DNA of 64,000 bases from Ostrea edulis (Eukaryota), in assembly GCF_947568905.1 (NCBI RefSeq), contig NC_079172.1, positions 9,486,001 to 9,550,000 of the forward strand. The letters are read 5' to 3'. Numbering within the stretch: position 1 is the stretch's first letter; every line of letters starts with the position of its first letter. The notes beneath the pieces were generated by a model, which saw nothing but the letters and a program-made list of their open reading frames with translations, did no database searches and was not told the DNA's origin. Made by a program: the position numbers and the translations under genes. Positions 50,601 to 63,649 of this stretch are shown here, in pieces.

Positions 50601-53384
50601 TGATAGCATAAGATTTAACAGGTCTGAATACTGCGATTTAAGGGGAAGTGCGTGTATGTATGAAATGCTGTGTTTGGATAAAATTTGAATATTTGTATAC
50701 AGAGAAGGCAAAAGCATAGTTTACTTTCAGATATATTTATATTCTGTACCTCCGTACAAAATCTACCAAATTAAAGTTTTTAACTTTACTAATTATTTGT
50801 GTGTGTGTGTACGAGGCCTCACGTTTCCGCCATGATCTACCTTTACTACGTTCGCAACCATTCCCCAAAAAGTCCGAAATACTTTCAGCATTCAATATAC
50901 AGTGATTTTAAATCCCCTCCGGAAAACAATCTCAAGTTACACCATACGACATGATGCTGATACTGGTGTAAATTTAATGCATATTGTAAAAATTAGATGT
51001 CATGATTTGGGGGGGGGGGGGGGGGTGTGATTCGCTTTGCCCCGATCGTCGTGGCTAAACTTGAAGGAACTTGTAACATATTTATTTGATATAAGTATAC
51101 TATAACCACATTCCTATGTAGTATATCTACATGTACATAGAATAAATATGTGAAAAGTTCCTGTAGCAATTTAATTTCGTATCTATGAACTTCATATTGA
51201 CATCTTTGTATAGGAATGCAACCTTCACCTGGAATGACGATTTGACCTTTCATTTACCAAAGCAGTTCATACGTTATGACCAACGTTAAAATTGCATACG
51301 AACTGACAAATCAAAAACTTATGCCCCAAATTTCGATTATACCAAGGTATTCATTTAAGTAACGAACGTGGTTTTCGCATCTGATTTTAAATGGGGGTGT
51401 GGGGTGTGAAAACATAATTAGCTTAGATGCAGTTCTCCAAATTCTTTGCTGTTAGTGTCCATATGTGAACAATGGATTTCAGATCAAGAGACTAAGTCAT
51501 GAAACACACGGGTCTCTCGGGATAGTCTTTCTTCAACTTTATCCTGATCGGAGCTGAACTTCTTGTTCTTGTACTGACAAGAAAACAGAGATAGAGTGGT
51601 ACAATGAAATAAAACATGGAGATCTAATTGTAGGAGAAGGAACGCCTATGATACGGGGCTTGTGGTAACACAAAACGTCTGCCTCCTAGCATGAAGTACA
51701 TGTTACAAGAAATATTCAATTCCTCTATAACTTGAATCCATGTTTCTTCAAAGCAGATTAAGGCGTACAACATATGCTAGGATTATAAAAGTCGATGTAC
51801 GGCGGTAAAATTTTATCTATCAACCCTGTCCATTTTTGCGTGAAAACAGCACATTTGTGAAACATTTATTGCACGTGTTCGATATTTAATGTGTGCAGTT
51901 TATTTAACAGCATACGGTTAAAAAAAAAACCTGCAGAGTGACTGCTTTGAATCAAGGCAATAGACCACCCATTTCTCAAGCAACATCACAAAAATATCCA
52001 CTACTTAATTATCATTGTGGCGATACACATTCTTTGGCTGTCGTTAAATTATTCGTCCAAATATTTGGATTTAGTTGCCAATCAATAAACATTCGTGATG
52101 ATTCTTAGAATGCCCAGGATTAGCAATTCAGATTTAAGAGTCTCTGCGAAAATGAATCTTTAATATCGAACATTTTAAACCCCCCAAAAACCAGTACGAC
52201 TTTTAGGCTGCAGAATTGTAAATACTCCGTCTTCACAACACTTTCCTTACTTTCAACAGAAAACCCAATTATCAAATAATGCATAGGATAATTATCTCAT
52301 CTGAAAACAGGATTATCTGACATGCATTATACAATGTAAAGACATTTGAAGGTCACAATAATCCGTAGAATAAAAGTGCTGGAGAATTTGGTATCTAATT
52401 ATGCAAAAATGCTGGTACATGTATTTTCACATTTGCGTCAGTGAACAGGCCTTTGTAAGATTTTCCAAAGAGAGTTCACTCAATCTCTCATATCAAACTT
52501 TACTGTTGATTCCAATATTGTTTTCTGTCACTTATGTTTTAAAATTACCTTTTACACGATATTTGTTCTACGTTTTGCTGTTGATTACAATTTTTATATG
52601 TACTGCGCCAAAAGTAATTGAAATTAGGAGATCGGAGGGAAGATTTAAAAGAGGTCTGTAAGAAACTCTGTATTTTGGATAAATTCGTGAAATAATTACA
52701 TACATATACTTAGGGCAGTACACAAGCACAATATACAGCTGGAATAGTCTCCAATTATTATCATCTAGACTTTAACTACAACAAACAATGAAAAATTTGT
52801 TACTCGTACATGTATAAGCGTTTCCTTATTTTACATTGAAATTATATCCACCATCCAGCTATAGCTGTGTGTATCATCCATCTTGGTGTGAGAAGAATTT
52901 ATCTATAGACGGCATGAAAACTGACTATTCTAATCAGCACGAAAATTGAAAAAGAATGTACGCAAAGCATGGAACTAGAAAGGCTTTTTCATCTATATGT
53001 TGGTTCAATATATGCCAGTGAATTGTAAATAAAGGACATCACAGAGTCTCCCACGTCTGTTTCATATTTGGATGTTTTACTGAACATAGATGTTACTGGC
53101 AAACAAACAACTCAACTTTATGACAAAACAGAATTACTTCACCTATACTCCATCGTCTATATCCCATATTCATGTATTCCATTTACACATACATGCGATA
53201 TTATGTCTCCAAACTGAGTCGATACGCGTGAGCATGTTCTGCGTATGATCAAACTTTAAATCGAAGAATATCACTGACAAATAGTTTTTTTTCTTAGATT
53301 TTATGGTCGTTATAATGATCTATATTTGCAAATATAGCCTGTCATTAAGTGAAATGCAGTCTGACGTGTTTCATACTAATTGTT

Positions 53385-53649
53385 CCCGTGGGGATCCGGT
53401 TTAGAATATGTCTTCAGTACCCCTTGCTTGCCGTAAAAAACGACTAAATGCTGCGGTTCTTCTGATGAGACCACAAAACCGAGGCCTCTTGTAACAGAAG
53501 GTTTGACTTGATAAAGAAACATCCCTACTCAAAGGCCGTAAGCGCCGAGCATATGCCTAAAGTTTGCAGCCCTTCACCGGCAATGGTGATGTCTCAATAT
53601 GAATGAAATATTCTCAAGTGGGACGTTAAACAATATTCAACCAACCAAC
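53385..53649 (+). mobile_element. SINE with non-tRNA head and Deu/Nin-like core (copy 3)
   Basis: 13-bp TSD catactaattgtt / cataccaattgtt. Confidence 0.8.
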
Positions 53650-53761
53650 CATACCAATTGTTAGGCCATTACTAATTATGACTACGGATTACTTAATTGC
53701 GAAATCATGATGGAGTGGTTACGGCAAATATGACAGTCAACAGGAGTGGTTACTCCTCGTA

Positions 53762-53920
53762 GATTTCTTATCCTGTCTCTGATGTTTCCACTGGTCCATG
53801 ATTGCTCTGTACTCGATTTCTTATCCTGTCTCTGATGTTTCCACTGGTCCGTGATTGCTCTGTACTCGATTTCTTATCCTGTCTCTGATGTTTCCACTGG
53901 TCCGTGATTGCTCTGTACTC
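53762..53920. repeat. 53-bp tandem repeat x3
   Basis: gatttcttatcctgtctctgatgtttccactggtccrtgattgctctgtactc three times, near identical. Confidence 0.95.
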
Positions 53921-55740
53921 GATTTCGTATTCTTTTTTAAAGGTAATATTGATCACTGTTTGTTATCTTCAACCTTTTCATAATAGTCATCAACCTTTTT
54001 AAAGAATGATAAAAAAGTAAATGGAAATCTTTACTTAACTGACGTGAATCATATATTCAAGTAAACCCGATAACTTTGCTTCAGTTTCGACTTCTTTCCA
54101 ATAAGCACCGGGACATATTAAACCAAACTTGTAATAAAAAAATTCTTGGGAATAGGATTTTAAGTTTCCACAAACAAATAAGAAATAAATGTCCTCTTGC
54201 AAAAGGACCTAGGGTGAGGTCACGAGTTGGTTTTGTAGTTTTAAATTGGAATAAAAAGGATAAATCTTCATACACATTTTTTTTCACAAAAACCACAACG
54301 GCATAATATTTATTTGCCCATGCTATGACACCCGGAGTAGTTGCAGTCCAGGGCTACAGTGAGGTTAATATTTTTACGTCAGAAAATGATCAGGTGAGTG
54401 ATGTGGTCATATACCTCTTATTTAATTATACGATGTTTTTGTTAAGGTACCGGAAACAAAAACCATAATAGTGTAACTTCTTGATAATTTCAAGTCACCT
54501 TAGTCATCTGTTATTCCAGTTTATGTCCTAAATGTGGAATGTATGTAGTACAGAAAATTAATTATCACCGAGTCCCAATGTTATATAATTTAATTTTATC
54601 AATTCACGGTGTTGTAATTTTTCTCCCAAAATATACATTGTAGCAATGATATATGGTAAATTCAATTTGTATCTCAAGGAGAAACAGCAATTATTCTTGA
54701 AAAACAAGAATTTTCACTTAGTTAGCTGTTTGTGGATTTTTTCCCCAAGTTCATGCACTTTTATTTGTCTCGGGGGTTAACGATTTAGTCATTCTGTACG
54801 TTGCTTTTTGCATACATTGGTACTTTTTTCATTTACCCTATTTTCAGCCGAATTCAAGAAACACACACACTCACATAAACACATGTGCGCGCGTCAAACA
54901 TCTACATGTAGCATAAATATAAAATAATTGACTATCATAGCATACAAACAACGTCTGATCGTTATTTACAATTATATTATAATACCGAGTTAAAATAAAA
55001 GAGTGGTATAGGACTATTGCTAGATTTATATTCAGAGTTTGTTTTATAAGGTATCCGATACATATAGATACACGATCATGGAAAATATGTTATTACCCAA
55101 GAGATTTTTACAAACATTTTCAGTGGAAAAGCTCCAGGTGAAAAGATACACGTTAATATTAAAAGAAGCCAAGCTGGTGACAGCCAGTAGTAAATGCGGA
55201 TGGAATTTGAAAGTGCGAGCATAATATATGACTTCCGCATGAGCGTGGCCGTGTAGGAAGCTGTTTTAGAAACAAGTATTACAAGTATCAATTGTTTTCC
55301 TAATTGTCACATTATGACATGCAGCACGCATGTGCTTATGATACTGGTAGCGTCACATCCGGCATTTTCTGCAAATTGTGACACTTTGGATACAGTTTTA
55401 CCATGGATATGTTATTTCTGAGTATTCACTCCACAACTTCAAAACGCACAAAAAAATGTGTTTTCCTTAGTCTTTGGTCGTAGAAATTATTTATTTACAT
55501 GTGCAAAAACACAATAAACACATCCACGTGTTTCTCTCTTACGATACAGTTGAACCAAACTTCATAAAAGAGAGACCAGCGTTAAAATAATCAAGTTTCC
55601 ACTTAATGCAACGCTTAGGAATATGTGCCGAGTAGCACACCTGTTTAGAACGTGATGAACATATTGTATTGAATTTACGTGTTTATAAGACTATAAATAT
55701 GCATGATGCAACCATAAGAGGCTTTCTTTGAAGAGGTTGA

Positions 55741-55995
55741 TGGTTGGTTGGTTGCATATTTTGTCCTGCTCGAGAATTTTTCAGTGGAGACGTCAACATT
55801 ATCGGTGAAGGGGTGCAAAATTTGGGCCCATGCTTGACACTTACGGTCTTTGAGCAGGGATGGTTCTTTGTTGTGCCACACCTGCTGTGACATGGGGCCT
55901 CCGTTTTTGTAGCCCAAAGGACCGCTCCATTTAATCGCCTCATACGACAAACACGGGGTAACGAGGACTTATTCTATCCCGGATCTCCATAGGAC
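55741..55995 (-). mobile_element. SINE with non-tRNA head and Deu/Nin-like core (copy 4)
   Basis: 12-bp TSD tgaagaggttga / tgaagagattga; (aacc)n tail. Confidence 0.78.
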
Positions 55996-56087
55996 TGAAG
56001 AGATTGAAATATGTTTGTGTAGTTTCTCTCTCTATCCTTTCTCTCACACAGTCTGCCTATATCTTTCTTATGTATAGATGATAATTA

Positions 56088-56243
56088 CAGTGAAAACTGT
56101 CTAATCCGACACCTGCGCAATCCGTTTCACTGGGCATTCCGACCCTTTGTATTTTTATTGTTATTATTACACTGTTTATTCCGAAACACTGTATTTCGAC
56201 AAAACATTCTCCCAGTGCGTGTTGGATTAGACAAGTTTCACTG
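56088..56243. mobile_element. Tc1/mariner-type MITE
   Basis: ta|CAGTGaaaactgtctaatccgacac ... gtgttggattagacaagtttCACTG; TIRs of about 25 bp. Confidence 0.72.
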
Positions 56244-56737
56244 TTTATGTATATTATGTGGATTGTGAATAAATCTTCTTAACTGTCAAAATAAATGAAT
56301 ATGTAGGAGTTAAATTTCTTCGTTGCGATTAATACAACGTGTCACTACTTAACATGTGCGATGTTATCAAACACGTCCTACTCAATTCTGCAGTATTTCG
56401 CTTTAAATGACCCACTTTCTTTACACCTAGATCTGTTTATAAAAGAACGATTTCATTTAGCCATAAGTCATTTCTACAACCAGAGATAAACGGGAAAACA
56501 CTTCTAGATAAGTAGGAAGACGATTATTAATGTTAGAATATACGTTTTTTTCAAAAACTCAGTCTGGCACGCAATCTTTTTTTGGACACGAAATCTTAAA
56601 ATGAATTACAAAAAGTGTTAATAAGTTAACTATGGGGGATATGGGAAATGTCTAGAAAGATAATTCAATTAGTTCATACGCAACACAAACGCAGCAGACA
56701 AAAGATAGAAAAAATCACATCTTAAATACTATCAGTC

Positions 56738-57070
56738 ACACAGAAAATATAAGTGTTAAAAGTCTGGAGCAATGGGCACACTCCGTTAAATGTTTTGCGT
56801 TTAGGTCATCAGTAACACAGAGAATATAACTGTTGAAAGTCTGGATCATTGGACACGCTTCATTAAATGTGGAGGCTAGGTCATTGGACATACTCGGTTA
56901 AATGTAAAGAGTTCACAGGTCATAGGGTACCTTCGCTGAATGTTGTTAGTTTAGGTCAGATGGCACACTCCATTAATTCTCCACGGTACGTAAAAACAAA
57001 CAAACTACCGTTGAATGTTGAAACTCCAAATCATAAGGCATACTCTTTTAATTCATAGGGCATACTCTGT
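56738..57070. repeat. Degenerate minisatellite
   Basis: Recurrent ggtcattggacatactc(g)gttaaatgt-like units, with a ~77-bp higher-order duplication at 56738 and 56815. Confidence 0.55.
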
Positions 57071-58621
57071 TCAAAATTGTATAAATCTATTTTAAACACA
57101 CTGTATAACCATATCCTATTTCTGCATGTAGAAGATGTTTATTTTTGTTGGTTTTACTTATGAATTCTATTACTCTGCACGAGTTCTCGACAATGTATAC
57201 CTTAGCATAAACAAAAATACGATATAGGTACTTGTGAACATGAACCACGTGAACCCACTCAATTACAAATCAATAACTTATTTCCTATGTACATCATTTT
57301 ACATGTACTAAAACATATTGACAAAGTACTCCACTACAAAATAATATGATTGATATGAGCAGTGTATATATATGTTTGGTATTTGTTTCTAGTCTAGACA
57401 TAGATGTATTTCTTTTTTTTTTTTTTTTTAGGAATATGCGTGTACTTTTATAACATGAGAGAACTCGGCAGTGTTATTTTTAAATTCATTTATCGTGTTC
57501 CGTAGTGTCATTTGGTTTGTCATTTCTTTTCACTTAAGTTTTGAAAAACAACGGGTATCGTGTCCTACGTGGCCTATCTTTGGCGCGAAACAGTGAAAGA
57601 GCGTCAATACATTTTAAACTTTGATCTGTGGGACGACACACCAACGTTGTTTCCCAATGATTTCTAAATACATCACAATAGATAGGGGGTTACAATACAT
57701 ACAGCTTCCACTTCAAATGTCAGTAAGTAAAACAATCACGGCATCGTAATAAAATTGATGACATTATTGCAAAGTAAACACAGAATATAGATTGAAAACC
57801 CCTATATTTATCAACGTTATAAGAGTGATTCATATAAGATCATATTTTTGTTATATTGGACAGCTTAAAAGCTGTAAGCAATAAATATGAAGCCTTGACG
57901 TGCCCCATAAAAGTAAATTATCCACTACAATTACGTGTTTTGCCTTTTGTCTATCGATTTGGCCATTCCAGATGTGATATGTGCAAAGCGAGATAACTGT
58001 GTAAAATTGTTCACTATTCTCTCTTCTTTTTTTAGAGTTATCTCTCGTTCTACACTACAGGTATTTAAAAACACGACTTGTACTAATTACAGTAAAAGCA
58101 CAGTTACAGTGAACACTCTTATAATGAATCCACACTTACAGTAAAGTGATTTTCAATCCCTGATGTCTTAAAACATTATAAACTTAATGGATCTAACGAA
58201 TCGAATTACGTTTATTATGAATGAAAATCGCTCCTCCCCAGCACTTAGCTTATGGGCTTGTTTAACTGTTGAATGAAATATTGTGAAATATTCTGACAAG
58301 CAAGCTTTGATTTCCTCCCAAATAACTATATTATACAAGGAATAATGTCTGCTTGTTTTTATCATGGGAAATATGAAAATAACGGAAGCATGGAAATTTG
58401 CATTGATTCCCCATAATACAATAATACAAGCATTTTTATGTTTTCATTTTGTGATCAACTTGCTTAAACTGACCCCCTCCCCTTTTTTTGGTTTAAAAAA
58501 AGATATATAGGTTTTTAATTTATGTCGAGTTGAGAAGGTCATGTTTTTATCGAGAAATGAAAGATTTCTTACTGACAAAACTTTGGCAAATGTAAATTCT
58601 TTTTTAGGATATTTGTTACTA

Positions 58622-58975
58622 CCAGTCGCGCTAGCCTAGTGGTTAGGGGGTTCGCTTCGTGACCTTGTGGTCCTAGGTTCGATTCTCGATATCGGCACTG
58701 CGTCAATCATAAGAAGTTTATATACATGTAGGTAAAGAATGTCCCTACGCCAACTTCCTGGATCTATAATGAAAGTGCCGACTCTTTCATCTATAATTTT
58801 AAAAAGAAATGTCATGTGTTGCGGTGGGCGTTGACACGATAAAGAACCCCCACTGTTATGACCTTCAGTGTCATGTTTAGGTCAAAATTTGTGGCACTTC
58901 TCCTACAGCTGGTGACATCTGTACATGTATGTAAGTCAACATTTTTCGAATGGGACATTAACCATACAAACAAAT
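58622..58975 (+). mobile_element. tRNA-headed SINE
   Basis: tagcctagtggttag (A box), aggttcgattctc (B box), ttgacacgataaagaaccc core, ctacagctggtgacatct tail. Confidence 0.68.
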
Positions 58976-59469
58976 ACCAAATAAAAAGGGTATTGTTACT
59001 AGTTTGGATACAATATTTGTGTCGTTTCATCACGTTTCATTGTTATATACTGTACAATTCGGGGTTGATCACAATTTTTAAACCAACAAATCTAAAGAGA
59101 GGAATTGAATAACGGCATATATCAAATAGATAGGTATAAAAATATAAGGACATTTTTTGGATTCTTGGTCAATATTCACGTTTCTCTACGAAACGTCCAC
59201 TGTTTTAATAGATATTTGTATGAGAAAGAAAGGGTACTCACTTATTTCTGCATTTCATTGCTGGCTATCACCCCGTTGTAGCCAAATATTGTGCATAACA
59301 CTAAATAAATTGTTTATCAAAATTTACTTAAGCATTTCTGGGATCTGCATACTTTGATTTAAAAAAAAAAGTAATGATAGCAATCTTCATCATATGATGT
59401 CAACATTATTAGTATTATGGAGCTGTGATCTACAACTACCCATATTTAAAAAGATACATGTCAAATTAC

Positions 59470-60505
59470 AAACAAGAGATGTTTGTAAAACACATATGCC
59501 CCCCCCATGGTGCAAAATTGAAAAGGGTTATACACACACACATCATTTAATTGATAGTAGTATCATCAATTCAAAATATTGAGCAGACAATATCTTCCTA
59601 TGTCAAGAGTGAATTGACCATGTGACCTAAATAACAATATGGGTCATCTACTCCTTATGCTGTACCAGTGTACCAAGTTTGGTGTTAATCAAGCAAACAA
59701 TTCTTAAAATATAGGAAACAAGATATTACTATGTCCAGTTCAACAATTGACTTTTGACCTCAAAATCAATATGGGTCGTCTTCTCCTGAAAATGTACCAG
59801 TGTACTAAGTTTGATGTCCGTCAAGCAAAAAGGTTATCAAGATATTGAGTGGACAGTATATTACTATGTTCAGTTTGACCTTTGACCATGTGACCTCAAA
59901 ATCAATAGGAGTCATCGCCTCCTGAATATACACCACTGTACTTAGTTTGATGTCTGTCAAGCAAAGGGTTCTCAAGATATTGAACGGACAGTATATTCTT
60001 ATGTCCAGTTTGACCCTTGACCTTGACCATGTGACCTCAAAATCAATAGGGGTCATCTTCTCCTGAAGATGTACTGGCGTACCAAGTTTGATGTCTGTCA
60101 AGCAAAGGGTTCTCTAGACATTGAATGGTCAGTATATTCCTATGCCCAGTTTGACCCTTGACCTTTGACCATGTGACCTCAAAATCAATAGGGGTAATCT
60201 ACTCCTTAGGATGTACCAGTGTGCCAAGTTTGATGTCTTTCAAGCAAAGGGTTCTCAAGATATTGAGCGGACATTATATTCCTATGTCCAGAGTAGATTG
60301 ACCCTTGACCTTTGACCTTTTGACCTGAAAAACAATAGGGATCCTCTTCTACTCATAACTAACCCACATATGAAATATCATTATCATCAAGTGAATGGTT
60401 CTCAAGATATTGAGCGGACAACACGTGGTCTACAGACCGACCGACAGACCGACCGACCGACAGGTGCAAAACAATATGCCCCCTCTTTTTCAAAGGGGGC
60501 ATAAA
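59470..60505 (+). mobile_element. Helentron/pearl-type non-autonomous element with an internal ~140-bp tandem array
   Basis: aacaagag start. About 5 degenerate units; gatgtc..tcaagcaaagggttc recurs at 59813, 59949, 60090 and 60232. (gacc/gaca)n microsatellite and 3' palindrome atgccccc...gggggcat. Confidence 0.82.
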
Positions 60506-61644
60506 TATAGATATAACCATGGATGTCTCAAGTATTATTTGTATTATGGAAATTTAAAAACAATAGGGTCATGATTTTTCTTTCACAATCGGCCCTAAAA
60601 CCCTATACATTTATTCCCTAAATAATAATGAGTAGATATTACAATATGATATATGTACAATTTCTATATGATATGATGTGTCAACGAGGGCGGTTACAGT
60701 TACATATAATATCTAAACGAACTACTTATCCAGGTCCCTCCCTAATACACATTTTAACAAGACACTATCGTCTGTACAAAGTGTGAGGTTTATTGCCTCT
60801 CCCGCCACAACATTGTCAGTAATGAATTGACGAAACTGATCGAGAGTAATCAATAACGGAGTTTTGAAAAACAAATAAACAATTAATCCTTGATTGCATC
60901 CTCAATATGCGTCGCAATCTTGTTCTTCCTTAATTTCGATCTGGTAATCTACACCAAGGTAACACAAAGTGGTGTTTCTGTTCAGGTAATGCCTATTAAA
61001 GGTACGAGTCAATGAGACAAAATGAGACTGTAATCGCCTCGTATAATCATACTTAGTATAATTGTCACAGTTTTATGGTGGGCCTGGATGTAACGGAGCA
61101 AAGGCTCGGTAAAATGGAATCACTCGGATGTCGACTGCCTTGGACTTAGCAATTAAAAGAATGAACTTGCTCGGTTAATCAATGAGAAAAATGATGTTAA
61201 GGACCAAAAGACATCGATCACGCAACACAGAATGTGAGTGTCGGAGGTCTGTTCCTACAACGTTAAAGCTCCCTAGATATTTATCATGGGGACCTAGTAT
61301 CAGGGCCAGGAAATTAAAAAAGGCTGGATATTGGATTTTGCAATTTACAGCTGCATTAAGATTATCATTAAGTCTAGTCTCTTGATCTTTTCAGCTGGAA
61401 TCTGTATCGTTTTGTCATGCACACAGTACATAGCAGTAGAGTAACTACACCCTATTGGAATCGTTAGCAGTTTTCTCCGAAATCAAATCTCATTTATAAA
61501 GTGTGAATTGATTGTGATGTGCGAAATGACACAAATCAAAATCTATTCGATTCTGGCTGCTGCTGCACGTGACGTCATGTTTTACACGTGGTGCTGGTGC
61601 AACAGCTGCAATTCGTGGTTTGTTCTAATGAACACGTGAAAATA

Positions 61645-61835
61645 ACAGTGATCAATCTTATCTAAATCTTAAAAAGAATACGATATCAAGACAAGGAAAA
61701 ACACGGACCTTTGGACATACCAGAGGTGGGATCAGGTGCGTAGGAGGAGTAAGCATCCCCTGTTGACCGGTCACACCCAACGTGGACCTTATGACGACAT
61801 TAATGCATAGTCAAAATCAGTATGTAAAGAATCCT
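61645..61835 (-). mobile_element. Penelope-like element 3' end fragment
   Basis: aacagtgatcaatct...ataccagaggtgggatcaggtgcgtaggaggagtaagcatcccctg. Confidence 0.72.
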
Positions 61836-63288
61836 TTCATAGAAGCCAGAAACGCTAATTCATGAGTACTCCAAATAGGGCATCAGTTCCGATTGTACAT
61901 AATCTTAAACAAGCTAAAATAAGTTCACATACAGTATCTAAACGATATCCGATGTACCTCCGTTAGAAATATTGAATCCATTCAGGTCAGAATTGATTGG
62001 TTGAGAGTATACGTAACACTGGGGTTTCATTTTAATGTATCTTTATACCTACCCAAGCATTTCTGGCTTGTGTTCGTCCTGACAGAGTAGTCTGAGGGTT
62101 GGCAACATTTCTATCCAAAGACTCGTCAAAACATGCCAAAACCCAGTCAATAGAGGTTTTCTGGTATCTTTCACTGTTTACACATGTAATTCTTTGTTAC
62201 GTTTTGTCTTTCCGCAGTGCAAACACTTACTTTAACCAGTGTGATGAACTTTGATGATTAATGTGTGATGAAATTTGAGGATTAATATGCTGGATTCGAT
62301 ACGAATACCAATGAGATGTACATGTATAACCGCCCAACATTTTACTCGGTATACTAGTATGTCAGACCGGTCGACATGTTTTCATTGCTATACCTTAATA
62401 GTATTTCCTAACTAAAACTTCATAATAAGTAATAACGTTTTAAACCGGACTGAAAATTCATGCATTAACCGATTCATTATAATTTGATTTTGGACACCTC
62501 AACCCAACATCCGAAAAATGTCCACAAATTAAAATTGCATTTAGCTAGAATTCGTTCTTAGTGAGTAAGAGCCGTGATTCAATAGCCTAGGAAGAACTCA
62601 AAGCGTTAATTGCAAGATGTCTCTAATGCGCCTAGGAAAAATACAGATAATTAATTTTCAATGTGAATATTGAATAAAAACATTTGATAGTGTTCTCCGA
62701 CATCATCGGTTTTGTTGAATCGATTCTCTGGCAAACAGTTCTCTCCCTTTCCACTTAACCGTCTTAAGATAGTTTGCAACATTGGTCATCAGGTCCGACA
62801 AAATACATGTATGTCATCGAACTAAATCACTAATATTTGGATCATCGAACCTTTCGTCATATAAAGCTATAATATACGGTTTTGCATGGGTGGTTACTTA
62901 ATGTGCGAAGAAGCAGAAATGACGGCAACTCTATACTTGTGCAAATAACAAAATGAAAGATATCTGGATAAAATCTCTGCTTGATGTTTTAAAGAAATTT
63001 TAAAATTGATGTCGGATTTAGAGAGTTACGGGCTAAGGAAATGACCCTTTTGCACTTGAAATAAAACCCAATCAAATTTTAAAGATTTGATACATTTGAG
63101 ATACATATGCATGCATGCTAACATATACAGGCATACACAAACTAATTCTCTATTCAGAAATACAGATTTTCACGACTTTTACAGATTTTCACGACTTTTA
63201 CAGATAGCAAGAACAGTTAGTTGCTGTTACTATTTCATTTGGAATTAAGAAAATTGAAATAAATCCATGTTGAAAATTCAGATATAAA

Positions 63289-63289
<1 letters not shown>

Positions 63290-63352
<63 letters not shown>
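63290..63352. repeat. (TG)n(TA)n microsatellite
   Basis: Read directly. Confidence 0.95.
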
Positions 63353-63354
<2 letters not shown>

Positions 63355-63418
63355 TTCAATAAATTATATCCAAACATAAAACCCAATACTCAAACTTTTA
63401 TCCAAAAAATAAAATCTA

Positions 63419-63503
63419 CTGACGAGCCCGCAGGGCGAAAGTGCTATAAACTTGTTTACATTGTTTAAAAATCGACTGACGAGCCCGCAGGGCGAAAGCG
63501 CTA
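63419..63503 (+). ncRNA. Two tandem minimal type-I hammerhead ribozyme cores (57-bp period)
   Basis: CTGACGA-GCCC-GCA-GGGC-GAAA-G(T/C)GC-TA at 63419-63446 and 63476-63503, enclosed by a perfect 14-bp inverted repeat (63385-63398 / 63510-63523). Confidence 0.68.
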
Positions 63504-63524
63504 TAAATGAAAGTTTGAGTATTT

Positions 63525-63528
<4 letters not shown>

Positions 63529-63572
<44 letters not shown>
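63529..63572. repeat. (TA)n microsatellite
   Basis: Read directly. Confidence 0.95.
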
Positions 63573-63584
<12 letters not shown>

Positions 63585-63649
63585 GGAGAGTTTCATTTAT
63601 TTTCGCAACTGAGAATATATAGGTTTCCCTCTCATTACATTAATTGAAA

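Larger units (their letters stand above)
52890..53990 (+). mobile_element. Degenerate Penelope-like element with a nested SINE and an internal triplication
   Basis: gaattgtaaataaaggacatcacagagtc, caactcaactttatgacaaa, and a degenerate terminus ending cttcaaccttttcat. Confidence 0.7.

Noticed and set aside
53762-60330. CRISPR-like arrays from the 53-bp and 140-bp repeats
   Set aside because: Units are contiguous with no unique spacers, the context is eukaryotic, and no cas genes are present.
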